Made by a program: the position numbers and the translations under genes. A stretch of 63,521 bases of DNA, counting the filler, from Octopus bimaculoides (taxonomy: Eukaryota), in assembly GCF_001194135.2 (NCBI RefSeq). It is 6 parts of 5 records of this genome, joined end to end, with 100 filler letters (N's around TTAATTAATTAA, not from the genome) between each part and the next. Parts side by side here need not be neighbours in the genome. Positions count along the whole stretch, not along the records: positions 1 to 14,682 come from NC_068985.1; 5 more parts are not named here. The stretch is one strand, 5' to 3'. The stretch's first letter is position 1, and each line of letters opens with the position of its first letter. This document shows positions 1-12,830 of this stretch, piece by piece. Below the pieces are notes generated by a model that did not search any database, was not told the DNA's origin, and was given only the letters and a program-made list of their open reading frames with translations.

Positions 1-84
1 ATATATATATATATATATATATGATGAGCTCTCCCGTCGGTTTAGACGTATGCGGCTCCGACAACGCATGTATATATATATGTG

Positions 85-117
<33 letters not shown>

Positions 118-1627
118 ACATACATCCATACATTCCTAGATACATATATACCTAAATGTGTGTTTACGCGTGAGCGCGTGGTAAATGTATGGGAATGTGT
201 GAGTGTGTGTATCGAATTCAAGGGAGGTTTTTCTTATGCGTACCGGCTTCAATACTTATTCTATGGTCCGATGGTTTCCTTCATCTAATTAAATCGCTTT
301 AAAGTCTGTGAGCTTCACGTCAATGATATAATAATGATTGAAAACATATTTTTGTTGATGTTTACAAATAATTTGATGTGCACATTCTCATACTGAGATA
401 ACCGTCAAAAACCAGTTAGTAATGAAATTGCAAGATCTTTTTGTAGAAAAGCATAAAAATTAAAGCAATGTGAATTTCTAATATCTGATGAAGCGGACAA
501 AAACTATGTCCATTATCTGCAAACGTATCTTGAACAATCAAATCGCTTTCTATTTTAATGGGATAATATAAGATGTAAATAAAGTTTGGTTGCATGATTC
601 AACATTGTTAAACCATCTCGTTCTACTCAATAGGGAAATAATAAGGCAGATACAGAGGTTTGTATAATAATTTAAAATTTGTTCTGCTCTCTAACATAAT
701 ATGATAGGAAGTATATATGTACAATACAAGCTGACATATGCCTTAGTCTAAGATCTCTTTTCGGACATTATTTTTTTTAAAGATAAAATAAGAAATGTCA
801 TCAATGCAATATAATGACGTCGAAGACCATAAAATTGATAGGCCGGCTCACAAAAACAAACATGCTTGAAATATTTGCATTTAACAGAAAAAAATATCTA
901 GTATAAGATGTTTTCAAAGATAAATTACGATGTCCTGGCGAATTTCAGAAACACTCACTGCACCATCATTGGAATGTGCGTCAAATTCAATTGCAGTTTC
1001 AATTCAGATATTTAAAATCGATCTTTAGTTTACACAACGACAAAACCTAATTATAACAACATATCCATTTTTGCTGATTTTTTTTTCTGCTTTAGTAGAA
1101 ATTCACGAGTGTAAATGATTCATAAGTTGCATTAAAGAATTAGACTATGTGCAATAGTATTTACATGTTTATAGGAAAATATTAGTTTTAGTCAGTTAAC
1201 AATTATGTCCCTTACTTTAAATCGTTATATCCTTTACATGCTATTAAATCCCTTCCATTTAGCTCGTAAATTTGTTATGGCTCATTGATTGAAACACGCA
1301 GTATATCCATGAAATATTGTGCTACATATTTCTCATCATTTGCAGGATACTTTTCAAGCGTTTTCCTTTTATTAGCGCCATTGCATTTCCTGTAATATCA
1401 TACTGCTATGACACTCAATAATTAACATCTGACAATACAGGAATTATGAATTGGTTGAAATTATATCTTAAATTAAATGGAAAGGAAGCACACTATATAT
1501 ATTTGATTAATGCGCTAATAAGCCCATCATCTGCTGCCTATTCCAGCTTTATTACACTATATATTATATTGTAATATACTGCAAGCCCTTTCTCTCCTCC
1601 CTTCGTTGTTTATATGTATTGTTCATT

Positions 1628-1772
1628 TCAAAACATTTTATCCCCGGTGTTGCAGTGTTGACTGTCTTCAAAATCAATTTGCAAGGGTGACAATATTCCC
1701 TGGGACAGCTCGGGTGGATAACAATTGATAGGGCAGTTCGCTGGATATTCAACAGGACACTCACCTGTCTGC
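1628..1772 (-). CDS. speculative terminal exon of the minus-strand model
   Basis: gttcctAG acceptor, phase 2. Encodes QTGECPVEYPANCPINCYPPELSQGILSPLQIDFEDSQHCNTGDKMF*. Confidence 0.2.
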
Positions 1773-1908
1773 CTAGGAACACATTTCAGTGATATCAAAA
1801 GCATTGCCGGTTCGAAATAAAATGAACAAACGGAGATTAACGCATATCCAAGATTAACATATGCATATGCAGATCAAAGAAAACGTTCTGCATACATTCA
1901 CCCGGTAC

Positions 1909-2000
1909 CTGGGTATTTCTGACTTGTGGAGATATGTCCAAAATCTCTTGTCTTGTGCAGGTAGAAGCCGGCCAGCTACCGACTGCACTGTGCCGATTGA
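1909..2000 (-). CDS. speculative exon 3 of the minus-strand model
   Basis: ccttgttAG acceptor and AG|GTACCG donor. Encodes SIGTVQSVAGRLLPAQDKRFWTYLHKSEIP, phase 0-2. Confidence 0.22.
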
Positions 2001-2369
2001 CTAACAAGGTGTATTTAAAACAACAAAGATATAAGCTATTTTGTTCTCACTGGCGATCATGACAAAAGAGAATTCAAGATTCAAAAACTGAACGTGCGCT
2101 CGAAGAACAGAACTAGAATGGAAATTGAGTTCGTAACCTCTGGTGAATTCGCTAAAAGGTTTCATAATAAGGACGGGAGCGCCTCATTCCTAATTTTTTT
2201 CCCTCCAATTTTGATTCTCTGCAAGATTATAATTTGTCAAAGGGGGAAAGCCAAAGGAGGTAAAGAATGAGAAAGTTACAAAATTATAAAATTTTAGTAG
2301 AATCGCTCTTCATTGAACTCAACTGGACGGCCAGAACGAAGTGCGATTTTGAGGTGAAAATTTCCATTT

Positions 2370-2540
2370 TTGAACTTGGCACACAAATCACGAACGGTTC
2401 TTTCAGCTATGGCACCCTCTCCATACACAGCCCAAATGTCGCGAGCAGCTTTTGTGGTCTTATAACCTTGATTAAAAGCAAAAAGAAGACATCAAAAATG
2501 CTCGTTTTTCTTAACTTGACATTCCATTTTAATGATCTGA
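2370..2540 (+). repeat. interspersed repeat of unknown class; second copy at 43610-43760
   Basis: Shared CGGTTCTTTCAG.TATGGCACCCTCT..ATACACAGC..AAATGTC.CGAGCAGCTTTTGTGG..AACCTTGATTAAAAGCAAAAAGAAG..AAAATGCTCGTTTTT. Confidence 0.8.
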
Positions 2541-2641
2541 ANNNNNNNNNNNNNNNNNNNNNNNNNNNNNNNNNNNNNNNNNNNNNNNNNNNNNNNNNNN
2601 NNNNNNNNNNNNNNNNNNNNNNNNNNNNNNNNNNNNNNNNN

Positions 2642-2672
<31 letters not shown>

Positions 2673-2740
2673 ATGTATGTATGTATGAATAGGTTAGGTA
2701 GAGAGCAATGAGAAAAACAGACGGAAGGGGTATGACTTAC

Positions 2741-2836
2741 GCATAGTCGCAGCACTTTCAAGGTTAATGTCACACATGTATGAAAACACCAGTCGGAAGC
2801 CGTTGCATTAATGAACATACAGAGTAGTAACGCATT
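2741..2836 (-). CDS. speculative exon 2 of the minus-strand model
   Basis: AG acceptor and GTAAGT donor. 96 nt, phase 0-0, and the only open frame (NALLLCMFINATASDWCFHTCVTLTLKVLRLC). Confidence 0.25.
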
Positions 2837-5014
2837 CTATGTCATATAAACAGCAGTTAACATAGATAGAGGAATGGCTCACATCATACTATATGTCATC
2901 CTTATTGTCCAACTACCTGAGAAGTCTGAATTGATTGAAAGATATCCAGGGAAAAATAAAAAAGGAATATTTTATAAGACAAATGTTTTGGTTTGGAAGG
3001 AAAAGCATGTATCGACTATAAGGTTTCTCGCTTCTTGCTAACAATAGAATCGGTTATTGGTTTTCATGAAGAAAACTTCAGGTGGTCCAACAGCTTGTAA
3101 ATCATGCTAATAGTTGAATAACTTTCAAGCGGCGGGTGATCATTTCTTGCCAGGAAAAGAATATTACAGATCAATTATATTCTGATCTCATTTATATTTT
3201 GATCATCGTGTTGGCGTTTTAATGTCGTTTGTTTACCTTTGCTAGACTATGATTACAGTTAGAGCATATTGCTACATACAAATTTTTCACCGTATCCTGT
3301 TTTACTTACACAACAACGCACACATACACCCCCACATATATATATATATATTTATATATGTACGTATATATATATATATATGTAAATATATAAGTGTGTA
3401 CNNNNNNNNNNNNNNNNNNNNNNNNNNNNNNNNNNNNNNNNNNNNNNNNNNNNNNNNNNNNNNNNNNNNNNNNNNNNNNNNNNNNNNNNNNNNNNNNNNN
3501 NNNNNNNNNNNNNNNNNNNNNNNNNNNNNNNNNNNNNNNNNNNNNNNNNNNNNNNNNNNNNNNNNNNNNNNNNNNNNNNNNNNNNNNNNNNNNNNNNNNN
3601 NNNNNNNNNNNNNNNNNNNNNNNNNNNNNNNNNNNNNNNNNNNNNNNNNNNNNNNNNNNNNNNNNNNNNNNNNNNNNNNNNNNNNNNNNNNNNNNNNNNN
3701 NNNNNNNNNNNNNNNNNNNNNNNNNNNNNNNNNNNNNNNNNNNNNNNNNNNNNNNNNNNNNNNNNNNNNNNNNNNNNNNNNNNNNNNNNTATATATACAT
3801 ATGCATATGTATATATATATGTATATACATTTACTAACACACGGGTATGCACATGCGTGTGTGTGTTTACATATGTATATAAATATATATGTATATGCAT
3901 ATGTGTATATATATGTGTTTGTGTGTATACCTATACATGCAGATAATACACACATTTTACATATGCACGTATATACACACACATAGGTATATGCATGCAT
4001 ATATGTATATATATGTACACATATACACGCACACACACGTACCCAGACACACAGACACACGCGTGCACAGACACACACATACACACATGCACACAGACAC
4101 ACACATACACACGTCTATAGATATCTAAATATTTATATTTTTATATACTCATTAAGTGTAACTCACTGAAGAACTGAAAATATCCCAACTCTGATATAGA
4201 TCCATGTGCTGGAAGAATGCACATCGTATATAAAACGACATTATCGTCTGTGTAGCCTAAATACATAAAACGTTTCCACATGTAAGTCAAGAATGAGATA
4301 TGATAAATACATCTGGTCGTATTTTAAGACGCCGTTTCTTCCCAGCTCTCAACAACAAAACAAAAAAACAAAAACAAAAATGTGGGTGACGACAGTTACA
4401 TTTTGAAAACCAAGAACCAGAAATACACAATAGACTGGTCATCGGAGAATTGTCACATTACATGAAATATAGTCACAAGTTATGAATATACTTTTCTAAT
4501 CTATGGCCGAAATTTTGGGGATGGATTCAGTCGATTAGATCGACTCCAGTACGCAACTGGTCCTTAATTTATCGACCTCGAAAGGATGAAAGGCAACGTC
4601 GACGTCGGTGGAATTTGGTGTTATGAATATTTGATAGAACCTTGTGATTTTAAAGACACACACACTACATACGTACACGCTACATACGCACACACACACG
4701 CACACACACATATATGTTATATACACCTGCATTTATCAGAAGAACAAAGGAATCTAATACAGGTAGGTGACGAACGACAACTCGTTACTACTTCATTTGA
4801 CAGTGAAATATAAACACCAAAAAGACTATGTATCTATACAGGGAACGGGAACGTGAAACCGTACCAATTTTTGTGATATTTTTGTTGCGTTTTAATAAAG
4901 CGTATTACTCTAACTCTGGTATTTGAGTTCTCTTTTTTCCACCTTTTTTTGCTTTTATGTGCTTTCTCGGATATATATATAATTTTTCACTCTCCTTCAT
5001 CTTTCTAGGCTCAC

Positions 5015-5104
5015 CAAAATCTCGCGGACCTCCAGCTCTTGCACGTCTACTCCTCTGCTCGTTACGGAAGCATAACTTGGGCCTCCCTCCTGCATATTCT
5101 CCAT
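5015..5104 (-). CDS. candidate first coding exon of an unknown minus-strand gene
   Basis: aaaATGg start at 5104. Encodes MENMQEGGPSYASVTSRGVDVQELEVREIL (30 codons), then a GTGAGC donor in phase 0. Lies in a locally GC/CpG-richer unique segment. Confidence 0.35.
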
Positions 5105-5804
5105 TTTCCCACAATGGTGAAAAAAACAAAAAACAACAATTAACAACGGCAACAGTTCTAACAACAATTCAAATCAAATAACAATGGCAACAATTCGACA
5201 AATATTTCAACATAAACTCGCGCAATAACTCCACAGAAACGAACCTCCGCTAAGAATTTCTCACGGCGTGCTAACGTTTCTGCCAGCTCACCGCCTCGTG
5301 AATGGTAACATGTTTTGAAAACATAAATCTGCTTGATAAGAGGTGGGCCGAGTCTAAACAACGCCACAATATTATATAAATTTTCTTAGTTTATATAACT
5401 GTTTGTAAATAAATCATGCGAACTAAAATGACAAGTATTTGCAAATGCTAGTAGATTAACTTATATTTCCTTAACCATTTTTATGCAGAGAGCCGTTATA
5501 GCCACTCAAAACGTCATTACATACACTGTGGGAAGTAGATTTGTACACCAATTCATCTTTTGTTGAAAAATGTCATATTTGGAACATGTCTCACAATTCT
5601 TGCTGAGATATGTCAGGTTTATCGTGACTTGCGGAAAATGACAATTTAAGTTTAGGGTAACACGATTAATGAGAATAACTATCAAATTTTATTTCGCAGT
5701 TGAAAAGATAAGCATTTTTGTACTGAGAGTAACACAGAAAAACTATTACAAAATTTAAACCAAATTACACAAAGAAAAGAAAATATAAAGAAAATAAAAT
5801 AGAT

Positions 5805-5962
5805 GCAGGCGTGGTTCTGTAATAAGAAGTTAGTTTCGAAACCACATAGTTCCGGGTTCAATCACTCTGTGTGGCATCTTAAGTTACGGTCTTCAACTCT
5901 AGCCTCAGGCAAACTAAAGCATTGGGAGTAAATTTGGTAGACGGTAACTGAAAGAAGCTCTT

Positions 5963-5966
<4 letters not shown>
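5805..5966 (+). mobile_element. SINE family A 5' half
   Basis: Head-to-microsatellite segment. Further 5' halves: 11865-11962(+), 14112-14235(+), 15568-15680(-), 18056-18215(+), 23806-23853(+), 27655-27800(-), 31090-31242(-), 38962-39105(-), 39418-39555(-), 49936-50090(+). Confidence 0.75.
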
Positions 5967-6005
<39 letters not shown>

Positions 6006-6479
6006 GACGGGCTTCTTTCAGTTTCCGTTTGTATATATANNNNNNNNNNNNNNNNNNNNNNNNNNNNNNNNNNNNNNNNNNNNNNNNNNNNNNNNNNNNN
6101 NNNNNNNNNNNNNNNNNNNNNNNNNNNNNNNNNNNNNNNNNNNNNNNNNNNNNNNNNNNNNNNNNNNNNNNNNNNNNNNNNNNNNNNNNNNNNNNNNNNN
6201 NNNNNNNNNNNNNNNNNNNNNNNNNNNNNNNNNNNNNNNNNNNNNNNNNNNNNNNNNNNNNNNNNNNNNNNNNNNNNNNNNNNNNNNNNNNNNNNNNNNN
6301 NNNNNNNNNNNNNNNNNNNNNNNNNNNNNNNNNNNNNNNGCTAACTTTTGGAAAGTGAGGTATGGGCAAAACCAGATTTTTGATGTGTAAGCAAAACTTT
6401 CATATAAAAACTTTAAAATAAATAAATAAATAAATAAATAAATAAAAGGAAGAAAGAGATAAATTTGAAATTTGAGACG

Positions 6480-7020
6480 GGAGGGGAAAAGAAGATATTG
6501 CTCTTCGTTGCTGAAATCACAATTTCTTATCAAGATTTTTCATCCAACTGCGAAACGTACTTCAGTTCATCCAAGCTTTGCTATTGTAGTCATAATCTTC
6601 ATAAGACACTCTTACAATAACAAGAGGTCGTAGTTTTTCGCTGTCATCAGCATTACAAGCTAGTGTCACCGTAAGCCTTTCCTTTTGCATTTTGACGCCT
6701 TTGCTAAAATTTTATTGTTGTAAACGATTTATAAGGTAACTGGCGAAAAATAAATCTGTTTCGTCAATAATAAAAATATTTCATGGTTCAAATTTCATTT
6801 TCTGTTTAGCACGTTGTAAACCAGCAGTAATGAGTTGTTGATCTGTACCAGCACTTTCACCAGAAAGAATCTGATATTCAATTGAGTATCTCTGCTTAAA
6901 TCTATGAAACCAACTATTTGAATAAATGAAATCTTTGATATTCAATTCTAAACCAAATTTCTCTGCTTTGTTTCTCAAACTTTCATCTGTTGTACATTGT
7001 TAGTACGAATACTAGTAAAC
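6480..7020 (-). mobile_element. pogo/Tigger transposase relic (CENP-B HTH plus DDE start)
   Basis: Minus-strand translation gives DFIYSNSWFHRFKQRYSIEYQILSGESA, DETDLFF, KERLTVTLACNADDSEKLRPLVI and YNSKAWMN, with stops and frameshifts. Confidence 0.85.
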
Positions 7021-7394
7021 CATAGAAAAAAGAGCTTCTTCCAAATATGTGTGTTTGGTTGTTTTTGACGTTTTACCTCCGGATCTTCAATAACATTCCA
7101 CTTACTTTTCTCCTGAATAATGGCTGACCTCGCAGTACCGTAGCGTGTTTACGTTCCCGTAACTTAATAGCTTGTCAAAAGAGTCGGATAGAATAAGCAA
7201 CAAGCTTTAAGAAACTAAGTACCTGGTTCGACCAATTCGACTAAAAATTCTTCAAGGCATTGCCCCAGCATGGTTGCGCTTTGATGACTGAAACAGATAA
7301 AAGATGACAGAGAAAACCAAAATATCAAAACAAAAATGAATCATTTATATTCGTTTCTGTTCTAGGCACCAGACCCGAAACTTTTTTGGAGGGA

Positions 7395-7904
7395 GCCAGT
7401 TGATTAGATCGACCCCAGAACACAACTAGTACTTAATTTATCGGCCCTGAAAAGCTAAAAGGCAAAGGCGACCTCAACGGAATTTGAACTCAGAACGTAA
7501 AGACAGACGAAATACAGCTAAGCATTTCGTACAACGTGTTAACGTTTCTTCTTTCTTTATTTCCCACAAGGGGCTAAACATTGAGGGGATTGACAAAGGG
7601 ATTAAGTCGATTACATCGACCCAGTCTTTCACAGGTACTTTATTTATCGACCCCGAAAGGATGAAAAGCAAAGTCGACCTCGACGGAATTTGAACTCAGA
7701 ACGTAACGGCAGACGTAATACCTATTTCTTTACTGCCCACAAGAGGCTACACACAGAGGGGATAAACAAGGACAGACAAACGGATTAAGTCGATTATATC
7801 GACCCCAGTGCGTAACTGGTACTTAATTTATCGACCCCGAAAGGATGAAAGGTAAAGTCGACCTCGGCGGAATTTGAACTCAGAATGCAGTGGCAGACGT
7901 AATA
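7395..7904 (-). mobile_element. tandem array of three SINE B units
   Basis: TCGACCCC..AAAGG..GGCAAAG.CGACCTC..GGAATTTGAACTCAGAA recurs about every 170-190 bp. Confidence 0.85.
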
Positions 7905-8700
7905 NNNNNNNNNNNNNNNNNNNNNNNNNNNNNNNNNNNNNNNNNNNNNNNNNNNNNNNNNNNNNNNNNNNNNNNNNNNNNNNNNNNNNNNNNNNNNNNN
8001 NNNNNNNNNNNNNNNNNNNNNNNNNNNNNNNNNNNNNNNNNNNNNNNNNNNNNNNNNNNNNNNNNNNNNNNNNNNNNNNNNNNNNNNNNNNNNNNNNNNN
8101 NNNNNNNNNNNNNNNNNNNNNNNNNNNNNNNNNNNNNNNNNNNNNNNNNNNNNNNNNNNNNNNNNNNNNNNNNNNNNNNNNNNNNNNNNNNNNNNNNNNN
8201 NNNNNNNNNNNNNNNNNNNNNNNNNNNNNNNNNNNNNNNNNNNNNNNNNNNNNNNNNNNNNNNNNNNNNNNNNNNNNNNNNNNNNNNNNNNNNNNNNNNN
8301 NNNNNNNNNNNNNNNNNNNNNNNNNNNNNNNNNNNNNNNNNNNNNNNNNNNNNNNNNNNNNNNNNNNNNNNNNNNNNNNNNNNNNNNNNNNNNNNNNNNN
8401 NNNNNNNNNNNNNNNNNNNNNNNNNNNNNNNNNNNNNNNNNNNNNNNNNNNNNNNNNNNNNNNNNNNNNNNNNNNNNNNNNNNNNNNNNNNNNNNNNNNN
8501 NNNNNNNNNNNNNNNNNNNNNNNNNNNNNNNNNNNNNNNNNNNNNNNNNNNNNNNNNNNNNNNNNNNNNNNNNNNNNNNNNNNNNNNNNNNNNNNNNNNN
8601 NNNNNNNNNNNNNNNNNNNNNNNNNNNNNNNNNNNNNNNNNNNNNNNNNNNNNNNNNNNNNNNNNNNNNNNNNNNNNNNNNNNNNNNNNNNNNNNNNNNN

Positions 8701-8775
<75 letters not shown>

Positions 8776-9531
8776 ACTCTCCCAACCACACACAAACGTA
8801 TATATATGTAAGAGTCTATACACGTGTGCATATTTATAATACGGTAATTTATATCGATAAATAAGCATTAAACGTAAAGCCGTTCTATCTCAGCTTTCAC
8901 CTAGAACATTACAATAAATCCTAGTGTCATATATATTGAACTATATCACCCATTTCTAAAATAACACCAACATAAAGTTTGTTCTAAAATAACACCACCA
9001 TAAATTAATTTATTATTATAATACTTAACAGTACTTAACCTACGTTATATTAGTTATATATTCACACAGTTTTAGATAAAATAAATCCAGTGCATCAGTG
9101 TAATGTGTTAAATACAAACCAAAGATGCACCTGGCTAAACTGATTACATTATCTGTTTAACTTTATATAAGTAATTTAGGAGAGACCAAATCAATTGTCT
9201 TGAAGTTGGTAAGAGATAATTAAAAGCAAATATGTTTTTTGAGAAAATATAAATCTTATTAATTTATTAATGCGAAACTATATTTCCCCAAATTTCATTA
9301 CATGCACATGCGCATACATGCACACGCACTGACAGACAAACAGACAGACTCACACACAAACACACGAACATGCATTTATCTATCTATCTATCTATCTATC
9401 TACCTATCTATCTATCTATTTATCTATCTATACATATACATACATATATATGCATATATTTTCATGCATAAACACACACAAACACAGATAGATATACATG
9501 CGTATGTAAGCATATTATGCAAATCCTACCC

Positions 9532-9565
<34 letters not shown>

Positions 9566-10043
9566 NNNNNNNNNNNNNNNNNNNNNNNNNNNNNNNNNNN
9601 NNNNNNNNNNNNNNNNNNNNNNNNNNNNNNNNNNNNNNNNNNNNNNNNNNNNNNNNNNNNNNNNNNNNNNNNNNNNNNNNNNNNNNNNNNNNNNNNNNNN
9701 NNNNNNNNNNNNNNNNNNNNNNNNNNNNNNNNNNNNNNNNNNNNNNNNNNNNNNNNNNNNNNNNNNNNNNNNNNNNNNNNNNNNNNNNNNNNNNNNNNNN
9801 NNNNNNNNNNNNNNNNNNNNNNNNNNNNNNNNNNNNNNNNNNNNNNNNNNNNNNNNNNNNNNNNNNNNNNNNNNNNNNNNNNNNNNNNNNNNNNNNNNNN
9901 NNNNNNNNNNNNNNNNNNNNNNNNNNNNNNNNNNNNNNNNNNNNNNNNNNNNATATATATATATATATATATACATATATGTGCATATATATATGTATGT
10001 ATGTAAGCATGTATGTATCTACCAATCTATCTATATATGTACG

Positions 10044-10074
<31 letters not shown>

Positions 10075-11983
10075 TGTTGCGTGTGTATGTGTGTATGTGT
10101 GTGTGTGTGTGTGTGAATGCATATCTTGACACAGATATAGAGATACATAGATATACTTGCATTTTTTCAACAAATTCTGTTTCTCGTAAGTTCCAATCCA
10201 CCTTGCGTTATATATTATATACAATTATAAAATTACGTTCGTAAATGAATTAAATATTTCCTACCGTTGATTTATTCCTGATATTCTCAGAAACTAAGAG
10301 TGAGTTTAGTGGATTTGGTATATTGTTTACAATTTCAGAGGGAAACTATGTGTTTACAGGCCAGACGCGATGCTTACGTATCTATATGTTTTCATTGAAA
10401 TCTTTAAATATAACAGTTTAATATCTCCTGAATCACATACGTTCTTTTTAAAACTAAATTAAAGCGAGGTTGTATAATGAAACACTTGGTTCACCATATC
10501 CGATTAAGGAAGGCGTATCTAACTCAATAAATACAAATCCTATACAAGAATTAAGTAAAATAAATATAATTCAACCCACAATTACAACAAACACCAGATT
10601 TTCAATGTATTTCACAATCAAGAAATAGAGATTTACCTATATATTTTGGGATACTTTACAGAGCAATTAACGGTAGATCATGCAAACACAAACGTATGCT
10701 TAATATATTTAGTTCTTTATTGCTCACAGGAGACTAAACATAGAGGGGACAAATAAGGACAGACAAAGGGATTAAGTTGTTTACATCGACTTCAGTGCGA
10801 AAGGATGAAAGGCAAAATCGACCTCGGCGGAATTTGAACTCAGAACGTAACGGCAAACGAAATACAGAAATATCTATATGTATATATATTTGCATATATA
10901 TATATGCATATATATATATATGTATATATATATATGTATATATATANNNNNNNNNNNNNNNNNNNNNNNNNNNNNNNNNNNNNNNNNNNNNNNNNNNNNN
11001 NNNNNNNNNNNNNNNNNNNNNNNNNNNNNNNNNNNNNNNNNNNNNNNNNNNNNNNNNNNNNNNNNNNNNNNNNNNNNNNNNNNNNNNNNNNNNNNNNNNN
11101 NNNNNNNNNNNNNNNNNNNNNNNNNNNNNNNNNNNNNNNNNNNNNNNNNNNNNNNNNNNNNNNNNNNNNNNNNNNNNNNNNNNNNNNNNNNNNNNNNNNN
11201 NNNNNNNNNNNNNNNNNNNNNNNNNNNNNNNNNNNNNNNNNNNNNNNNNNNNNNNNNNNNNNNNNNNNNNNNNNNNNNNNNNNNNNNNNNNNNNNNNNNN
11301 NNNNNNNNNNNNNNNNNNNNNNNNNNNNNNNNNNNNNNNNNNNNNNNNNNNNNNNNNNNNNNNNNNNNNNNNNNNNNNNNNNNNNNNNNNNNNNNNNNNN
11401 NNNNNNNNNNNNNNNNNNNNNNNNNNNNNNNNNNNNNNNNNNNNNNNNNNNNNNNNNNNNNNNNNNNNNNNNNNNNNNNNNNNNNNNNNNNNNNNNNNNN
11501 NNNNNNNNNNNNNNNNNNNNNNNNNNNNNNNNNNNNNNNNNNNNNNNNNNNNNNNNNNNNNNNNNNNNNNNNNNNNNNNNNNNNNNNNNNNNNNNNNNNN
11601 NNNNNNNNNNNNNNNNNNNNATATATACATACATACATACATATATGCATACACACACACACTTAGATATGTTTCGACTAAAGATTGGTCCAGGCCATGT
11701 CTAAATCCGTTTAAATTCAAGTTTTGTGGTCACATGGTCTATTCGAGTAGGGATTTCTTGTTGAGTGAGTTGCAGCCAAGTATAGGTGGCTTATCTGGTA
11801 TTCCTTGAAGAAATTTGTCTACATTCTGCTTCGGGACAATATATATATACATATATATAGACGCTGGCGAGGGCCGTGTGGTAAGAAGATTGTTTCTTAA
11901 CCATATGGTTCCGGGTTCAGTTCTACTGCGTAGTACCTTGGACAAGTGTCTTCTACTATAGGTATATACTATACTATATACAT

Positions 11984-12020
11984 ACTAGAGACTACCCGTG
12001 ACCCGTTGGGTCACTGACGG
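11984..12020 (+). mobile_element. possible Helentron/HINE-type end
   Basis: T|ACTAG start followed by hairpin GTGACCC-GTT-GGGTCAC (11998-12014). The other end was not identified. Confidence 0.35.
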
Positions 12021-12228
12021 TTCAGGTTATAAAACATTGAAGCTAATTTCAACATTGCATTGAAATGAAAGTTAATTTTATGATGATTCAGTTAAATATT
12101 TAAATTCATTCGTATTATCATAGCTCTGGTTTACAAGTTCGTGTTTAAGGTTTTATTGATTATTTACAGCATGAAATAGAAACAGAACTTCCGAGATAAA
12201 CTTGAACAGTAACAGCATTTATTTGTAG

Positions 12229-12544
12229 CAGTGGTCTAAACTTGGGTCCATATAATATTTTTAGGGGTCCACACGAGCAAAATAGTAAATTGGGGGACCC
12301 ATAATAGTATTTTAGGGGTTCATGAAAAATTTTAGTTCATAAGCATTTTTGCAAGAAACAGCTAGGTTTCTTTCGCCAACATCATACACAGTTCTACCTA
12401 CACACGTTAATAAGTAAAAAACAAATAGGAATTTTAAAAGGAGAATTTATAAACTAGTTTTTAAACATTGAATGGCTATAGGGGTCTACCAGAAAAAATA
12501 GTAATCAAAGGGTTCCATCGATAAAAAAGGGTTCAGAACCACTG
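12229..12544. mobile_element. hAT-type MITE
   Basis: Termini CAGTGGTCTAAAC / GTTCAGAACCACTG, with degenerate 8-bp TSD ATTTGTAG / ATTTATAT (6/8 identical). Confidence 0.7.
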
Positions 12545-12581
12545 ATTTATATACTATATTATTTATATCTGACGGATATAT

Positions 12582-12830
12582 GACGGGCATATGGCGTAGT
12601 GGTTAAGAGCGCGGGCTACTAACCCTAAGATTCCGAGTTCGTTTCCAAGCAGTGACCTGAACAACAACAACAACAATAATAACATCGAAAAATACCTTAG
12701 GAAGGAGAACCCAGGTTCGAAATTTTTTCAAGACACCTGATGAAGGCTGCAGGACATATCAACCGAAACGTTGTGTTAACAACAAACAAGATGAGGACAA
12801 ATATCTGTCAAATGCAAATAATATAAATAA
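12582..12830 (+). mobile_element. tRNA-headed SINE-like element containing a hammerhead motif
   Basis: A box TGGCGTAGTGG (12592-602); anticodon-like arm GGG-CTACTAA-CCC; B-box-like GTTCGTTTCC (12637-46); then an (AAC/AAT)n spacer and the hammerhead-like body. Confidence 0.7.
12732..12777 (+). ncRNA. minimal hammerhead-like motif (Penelope-type, palindromic stem III)
   Basis: GACAC-CTGATGA-A-GGCTG..CAACC-GAAA-CG-TT-GTGTT. Stem I is GACAC/GTGTT, AACGTT palindrome replaces stem III, and stem II has one C.A mismatch. Confidence 0.55.

Noticed and set aside
486-515. CTGATGA followed by a GGAC/GTCC hairpin
   Set aside because: No GAAA follows the stem.
480-1420. Possible degenerate piggyBac transposase
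   Set aside because: Only scattered weak motif resemblances and no TIR; not supportable.
6635-6652. Minus-strand CTGATGACAGCGAAA
   Set aside because: No stem II; it is coding sequence (NADDSEK) of the pogo relic.
12582-12650. Functional tRNA gene
   Set aside because: No acceptor stem closure and a mismatched B box; it is a SINE head.
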